Source: an uncultured Spirochaetota bacterium (GTDB lineage: Bacteria; Spirochaetota; Spirochaetia; SZUA-6; Fen-1364). Taken from it: a stretch of DNA of 64,000 bases. Numbering within the stretch: the first letter of the stretch is position 1; each line of letters opens with the position of its first letter. The notes under the pieces are model-generated. The model saw only the letters and a list, made by a program, of their open reading frames with translations. It did no database searches and was not told the origin of the DNA. The translations under genes and the position numbers were made by a program. Location: assembly GCA_963734545.1 (NCBI GenBank), contig CAVTHO010000007.1, positions 512,001-576,000 of the forward strand. The letters are read 5' to 3'. This document shows, piece after piece, positions 59,093 through 64,000 of the stretch.

Positions 59093-59678
59093 AATCACCT
59101 ACAAGGGGGACGAGCGCCTCTGCGTGCAGACCGGAGGCGTGGAGTGGGAGCTCGTCGTTTCGCGCAAGGCGCTCGACCGGCTTCCCCCTGTGGGACAGAT
59201 CGCGCGGATCTACACGCACCTCGTGCACCGCGATGACGCGATGCGTCTGTACGGCTTCTCCGACCCCGCCGAGCGGGCGCTGTTCCTCGACCTGCAGAAG
59301 GTGGACGGGGTCGGGCCGCGCGGCGCCCTGAAGATGCTGTCGGGGGTCGATCGGGAGCAGTTCTCCCAGGCCCTGGACCAGGACGACCTGGATGCGCTTT
59401 CCTCGGTCCCCGGTGTCGGCAAGAAAACCGCGCAGAAGATCATCCTCACCCTGAAGGGAAAGCTGACTCCGATCGACCGAGACCCAGGGCCGATCCACGG
59501 AGGACGACATCACAACGGCACTCGTGGGCATGGGATTCGACCGAAAGACGGCCAGGGCCGCGGTGGCTCCAGGCGCTGAAATCGATCGACAGGCCGGCAG
59601 ATGAAGGGCGAGGAGCTGGAGCGGGAGCTGTTCAAGCGCGCGGTTGCCATTGCGGGAGGCGAGGGAGCGGCCCCGTGA
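59070..59678 (+). CDS. ruvA: Holliday junction branch-migration protein A; frameshifted in the C-terminal third
   Basis: Motifs RLYGF, VDGVGPR and VPGVGKKTAQKI. ALVGMGF and ELFKRA are in other frames. Confidence 0.9.
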
Positions 59679-60719
59679 AAGATCGCGCAAAAGGCCCTGC
59701 CGACAGGATTCCCGACCCCGCGTTCGATGCAACGGAGGACAGGGAGGAGCTCACTCTTCGGCCGCGCCTCCTCACCGAGTTCGTCGGCCAGGAGAAGCTG
59801 AAAGAGAATCTCGCCGTCTACATCGAGGCGGCGCAAACAGCGGGGAGAGCACCTCGACCACGTGTTCCTCTCGGGCCCTCCCGGCCTCGGCAAGACCACG
59901 CTCGCCGCGATCGTGGCCAATGAGCTGGGCGTGCAGTTCCGTGCCACCTCGGCGCCCGCCCTCGAAAAGCCGGGGGACCTCGCCGCCATCCTCACGAGCA
60001 TCGGCGAGCGCAACATCTTCTTCATCGACGAGATCCACCGTCTGAAGCCGGTGGTGGAAGAGATGCTCTACTCGGCGATGGAGGACTTCGAGATCGACGT
60101 GGTGATCGGCCAGGGTCCCGGGGCGCGCACCATCAAGATCCCGCTCCCGCCGTTCACCCTGGTCGGCGCGACGACGAAGACCGGGCTCGTCTCCAGCCCC
60201 CTGTATTCCCGGTTCGGCATCCCCATGCGGCTCGATTTCTACGAGCCGTCAGAGCTCCGCAGGATCGTGTTCCGTTCCGCGGGCATCCTCAAGGTGGACG
60301 TGCAGGCCGATGCGGCGGAGCTGGTATCACGATGCTCCCGCGGCACCCCTCGCATTGCCAACCGCATCCTCCGACGCATGCGGGATTTCGCGCAGGTCTG
60401 GGGCAACGGGGCAATCGACGTCCCCATCGTGCAGCGCGGGCTGGAATCTCTCGAGATCGACGCGCGGGGGCTGGACAAGGTGGACCGGGAGATCCTGCGC
60501 ACGCTGGTGGAGAAGTACGCGGGGGGCCCGGTAGGATCTGAGACCATCGCCATCTCCATCGGAGAAGCGGTGGACACGCTCGAAGATGTCTACGAGCCCT
60601 ACCTCATCCAGATCGGGTTCCTGAAACGCACTCCGCGCGGAAGGGTTGCCACGGATGGTGCGTGGGAGCACCTCGGAGTCCGGCGGACCGGAAGTGAAGA
60701 CCAGCCTATTCTCTTTTGA
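59675..60719 (+). CDS. ruvB: Holliday junction branch-migration helicase B; apparent frameshift near 59838
   Basis: Motifs [36 protein letters not shown] and YEPYLIQ..RTPRGR. Confidence 0.95.
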
Positions 60720-61715
60720 GCTGCCCGAGGAGCTGATCGCCCAGGAGCCCGCGGGGGACCGGGACAGCGCACGGTTGCTCGTTCTGGAGAGGAATACCGG
60801 CGCGACAACCGACAGCTCCGTGCGCGAGCTTGCCCGATGGCTTGATCCCGGGACGGTGGTCGTGCTGAACGATACCCGGGTGAGAAAGGCGCGGCTGTTC
60901 GGAACGAGCGAGGGGGGCGCGCGGGTCGAGTTCCTGCTCCTCGACAGGCTCGAGCCGACCCTCTGGGAGACTCTGGCGGGCCGGGCACGACGCCTTGCCC
61001 CGGGCAAGGCTTTTCGATTCCCCGGTGATGTCACCGGCAGGGTAGAGGCGGTGAACGGCGAGAAGCGCCTGGTGCGTTTCGATTCTCCCGTGGACGATGG
61101 GTGGCTGGAAAAGCAATGGTCATGTCCCCCTGCCGCCCTACATCAGGCGGGCCGATACTCCCGCGGATGACGAACGGTACCAGACGATCTACGCCCGGAC
61201 CATGGGCTCCGCGGCAGCTCCCACGGCAGGCCTTCACTTTACGCGCCGGGTGCTCGATGAATTGGGGGCTCGCGGCGTACGGACCGCGTGGGTGACGCTT
61301 CACGTTGGTCTTGGCACTTTTCTGCCCATCAGGACCAGCGAGATCGAGCAGCATGCCATGCACGAGGAAGTCTTCGCCATACCGGCTGCGACAAAAGCCC
61401 TCGTGGACGCCGCCAGAAGGGAGGGTCGGCCGGTCCTCGCGGTGGGGACGACCGTGGTGCGCACGCTCGAGTCCGCATGGACCGATGCGGGGCTCCGTGA
61501 AGGGGAAGGCCGCACCCGCATCTACATCACCCCCGGCCATCAATTCAAGGTGGTGAACATGCTGTTCACCAACTTCCATACTCCCCGTCTCGAGCCTGCT
61601 CGTGCTCGTGAGCGCCTTTGCAGGCAGAGACCTGATCTTGAGAACTTACGCGGAAGCGATCAAAAAGCGGTACAGGTTCTTCAGCTACGGGGACGCAATG
61701 CTATCGATACGGTAG
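60694..61715 (+). CDS. queA: S-adenosylmethionine:tRNA ribosyltransferase-isomerase; apparent frameshifts near 61115 and 61585
   Basis: Motifs [56 protein letters not shown] and [10 protein letters not shown]. Confidence 0.93.
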
Positions 61716-62323
61716 CGGCTGCGCCAATACGTGCTCTTGTCCATCTTCTGGAAATCGGCACGGACTCTTGCTACGCGCGCGAGCTGGGCGTCGATGATGG
61801 CCTGGTAGTCCAGGTCGCCCGTTTCAACGCGGAAGTTCTCGGTTTCCCATTCTTCGATGCGATCGAGATGCGTCCCCCGCATCGCCCACGCCTTTGCCGA
61901 CCATTCTCTTGCCTTCTGCCAGTATCCGTAGGCGACTTTGTACACCTGCTCGGCCTTGTCGAGGCTCTCGAGGTTCTGGCGCTTCCAGGGATAGTTGTAG
62001 AAGTACGCCGTCATCTTGTCGTACTTGCTGCCAAGGCTCAGGTAGCTGTAGATCAGCTTCAGGGACACGTGCATCGAGAAGAGGTCGCGATAGCGCTCCC
62101 ACTCCGTCGTGTCCTTTATCGGGGCGAGCGCAAACAGCGGGTTCGCAAAATCGGCTTTCAGCGCGCTTTCCAGGTAGTAGATGTCCTCCATCGTGTCATC
62201 CGGATAGTGGTGGAGGTGCTCGTGGTAGAGCTTGTAGTATTGCTCCGCATACATGATTCGCCAGGCGGAAACCGTGAGGAGCGGGATGCAGAGAAGGAGG
62301 AGAACGAGCAGGGCTTTCTTCAC
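61685..62323 (-). CDS. Conserved hypothetical exported protein (Tyr-rich, helical)
   Basis: GTG start overlapping the tmk stop. Signal peptide [20 protein letters not shown]. 3' end overlaps queA. Confidence 0.65.
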   Translation of the reverse strand: MKKALLVLLLLCIPLLTVSAWRIMYAEQYYKLYHEHLHHYPDDTMEDIYYLESALKADFANPLFALAPIKDTTEWERYRDLFSMHVSLKLIYSYLSLGSKYDKMTAYFYNYPWKRQNLESLDKAEQVYKVAYGYWQKAREWSAKAWAMRGTHLDRIEEWETENFRVETGDLDYQAIIDAQLARVARVRADFQKMDKSTYWRSRYRIDSIASP

Positions 62324-62952
62324 ATCCCGTTTATCGGCAGGTCGGAGAGTACTTTCCACACATCGCCATGGATCAGCCCTGCGGGCCTGTCACCATCGAC
62401 CCGGGCGATATGCATGCCGCTGCCGCGATACCGCTCGAGCGTCTGCATGTACCCCTCACGCACACGGGACTGGAAAGCGAGCCCGTCGAACAGCTCCGGC
62501 TTCCCGCGATGCGCAAGGCGTTCCTGGCACACCTCGACGGGAGTATCGAGGAAGATCAGGCACTGGGGGAGGGGAAAGCCCGAGTTGATGCCGAGAACAA
62601 AGTCGATGCCGCAATCGATGGACTGGTAGGCGATGCTCGAAAAGAGGTAGCGATCACAGATCACGAGCTCGCCCTCTCTCGTCCTTGCCTCGATGCCGAT
62701 GTGCGGCGCCTTGATGTGCTCGTTGCGGTCCGCAGCATACAGCAGGGCGACGGTTCGAGGGTGCGCGCGGGTCTCGAGCGCCAGGATGGACCTGAGGAGC
62801 CGGCCGATCACGCCGTCCGTCGGCTCACACGTTGCCGCGTGAGGCGTCCGCTGTCTGGCAAGACGTTCCGCCAGGAGGCGCATCTGCGTCGTGGTGCCCG
62901 CGCCGTCCAGCCCTTCCAGCACGATGAATTTTTGCAGTATAGTGAATGCCAC
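62320..62952 (-). CDS. tmk: Thymidylate kinase
   Basis: Motifs FIVLEGLDGAGTTTQ, EPT, LYAADR and CDRYLFSSIAYQ. Confidence 0.9.
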   Translation of the reverse strand: MAFTILQKFIVLEGLDGAGTTTQMRLLAERLARQRTPHAATCEPTDGVIGRLLRSILALETRAHPRTVALLYAADRNEHIKAPHIGIEARTREGELVICDRYLFSSIAYQSIDCGIDFVLGINSGFPLPQCLIFLDTPVEVCQERLAHRGKPELFDGLAFQSRVREGYMQTLERYRGSGMHIARVDGDRPAGLIHGDVWKVLSDLPINGM

Positions 62953-62960
62953 CGGCGCAG

Positions 62961-62989
62961 ATTGTAATGAGAACCGCGTGCTGTGTCAC
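62961..62989 (-). promoter_or_regulatory. Putative tmk promoter GTGACA-N17-TACAAT, 8 nt upstream of the GTG start
   Basis: Minus strand reads gtgaca cagcacgcggttctcat tacaat ctgcgccg GTG. Confidence 0.5.
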
Positions 62990-63266
62990 TGTATTGCTCC
63001 TTGTCTCGTTGTGCGGAGCCGTCTTTGCGCAGGAGAAGGTAGACTCGGCCGGCCCGCTGGATCGCGATGTCACGGTGGTCGGCCGTGACGATACCGCGCT
63101 CCCCGTCCCGCCGCCGGGGACTCCGCAGGAGATAGAAATCCCGCCGATGGATCCCGAGCAGCCCAGCACTCCGGTCTTGCCGCCCATCCAGCCACCCCCC
63201 GGCGTCCGGCCGCCGTCCGCGACGGAAAAAGATGCAAACAACGCCTCCGGGGAATCGTTTCCCTGA
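62967..63266 (+). CDS. Small Pro-rich exported hypothetical protein
   Basis: Signal peptide (..GAVFA-Q) and Pro-rich body. Stop overlaps the next ATG (TGATG). Confidence 0.5.
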   Translation: MRTACCVTVLLLVSLCGAVFAQEKVDSAGPLDRDVTVVGRDDTALPVPPPGTPQEIEIPPMDPEQPSTPVLPPIQPPPGVRPPSATEKDANNASGESFP

Positions 63267-63977
63267 TGGATCTCACGCGATTGCCGCAGCCGCGCCGAAA
63301 GCGCGAAAAGGTGCCTTTCGGAGCGGCCGGATACGCTCTTCCCTTGATCATCGCCCTCGCATTTCATGGAGCCTTCCTCATCGTTCTCGCGAGGATAGTG
63401 GTATCCATTCCAACGGAGACGGTCCGGGAAATCGGGATTGACGTATCGACGCGAGCCATCCGCCGTATCCGGAACACCGGGGGCCGCGTCTGCGGCCTGG
63501 CCGCCTGCAGGACCGATAGTGGCTGCCGGACCGAAGGTGGCTGCCCGGCCGCCGGTGTCGACAGATTCTGAGCCCGGTGTTGAAGGAAAGGAAGATCCTT
63601 CGTCTCTACGCTCGGTGGAGGCGATGTCCCCGGTTCTGCCCGGGGACGCTCGGATTGACGAGTCTTCGGTCGGTCAGCCGCAACCGGGAGAAGGGATCGG
63701 TTGGGAAGGATCCGCGAGGAAGCTCCTCCGCAAGCGCGATCCGGCGTTTCCGGCGCAACTCAGCGCCGCAGGCCAGGAGGTTGAATGCGAGGCCCGCATT
63801 ACGGTTGCCGCGTCCGGCGTGGTCACCCGCGTGGAAATAACAAGGAGTTCAGGCTATATTGAAATCGATGCCAGCGTCGAGGCAGCCCTCCGCGACTACC
63901 TCTTCTCCCGGGCGAACGAAAGGAAGGACACGGTCGGAAAAATAAGGTTCAGATTCCGCCTGGAGAGACAGGATTGA
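63266..63977 (+). CDS. TonB-family energy transducer; apparent frameshift near 63440
   Basis: TM with ALAFHG (SxxxH-like), Pro-rich linker, and TonB C-terminal domain (PAFP...GVVTRVEITRSSGYIEIDAS...IRFRFRL). Confidence 0.7.
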
Positions 63978-64000
63978 AGAAAGCCTACTTGATACGCCGC

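Noticed and set aside
57485-59098. Long antisense ORFs (also 28149-29516, 45060-46244, 24275-25378, and the 3' part of 61097-62629)
   Set aside because: These are shadows of well-supported genes in high-GC DNA, with no recognisable motifs.
57852-61715. Pseudogenisation of yebC, ruvA, ruvB and queA
   Set aside because: All motifs are intact across frames and breaks occur throughout the window, so sequencing indels are far more likely.
1-64000. CRISPR arrays, rRNA, tRNA, IS elements and riboswitches
   Set aside because: No regularly spaced repeats, transposase motifs or convincing riboswitch consensus were seen. The only tRNA-like sequence is the tmRNA. An Infernal/Rfam scan would be needed to exclude weak ncRNA hits.

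Overview
High-GC bacterial chromosome segment, most likely from a free-living spirochaete (inferred from a PlzA-like PilZ protein, tandem lepB genes beside an FGE-domain/smpB/ssrA block, and a Tmk with a GAGTTT P-loop). 1-33 kb is a large surface-glycan locus: galU-like, GDP-fucose (gmd, fcl, GT11), a perosamine-type aminotransferase with a DesVI/TylM1-like N-methyltransferase, several other SAM methyltransferases, about ten GT2/GT4/CgeB-type glycosyltransferases, rmlA/rmlB, a UDP-GlcA epimerase, a HisC-like/LicC-like/CDP-alcohol-phosphotransferase set, and two polyprenol-phosphate-sugar (GT2 + flippase + GT-C) modules. 33-40 kb holds a beta-helix lipoprotein, two MacB/LolE-like permeases, a LolA-like carrier, a predicted outer-membrane barrel and a Gnu-like Und-PP-GlcNAc 4-epimerase. 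40-52 kb is mixed: metacaspase, membrane-anchored PIMT coupled to a polytopic spermidine-synthase-like protein, TraB, PlzA, Fsr, AqpZ and a flavoprotein. 52-64 kb is housekeeping: tmRNA (tag ANNADFALAA), smpB, lepB x2, hemW, yebC, ruvCAB, queA, tmk, TonB. Roughly 25-30 apparent single-base frameshifts, many in conserved genes, point to uncorrected long-read indels rather than pseudogenes. Best candidates for something undescribed: (1) a predicted periplasm-facing PIMT paired with a polytopic SAM-fold membrane protein, (2) a Lol-like trans-envelope export cassette embedded in a glycan locus with no visible Wzx/Wzy/Wzm/Wzt, and (3) a PLP-enzyme/cytidylyltransferase/CDP-alcohol-phosphotransferase route to an amino-alcohol phosphate headgroup. 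All family assignments come from motif recognition by eye; no database searches were run.
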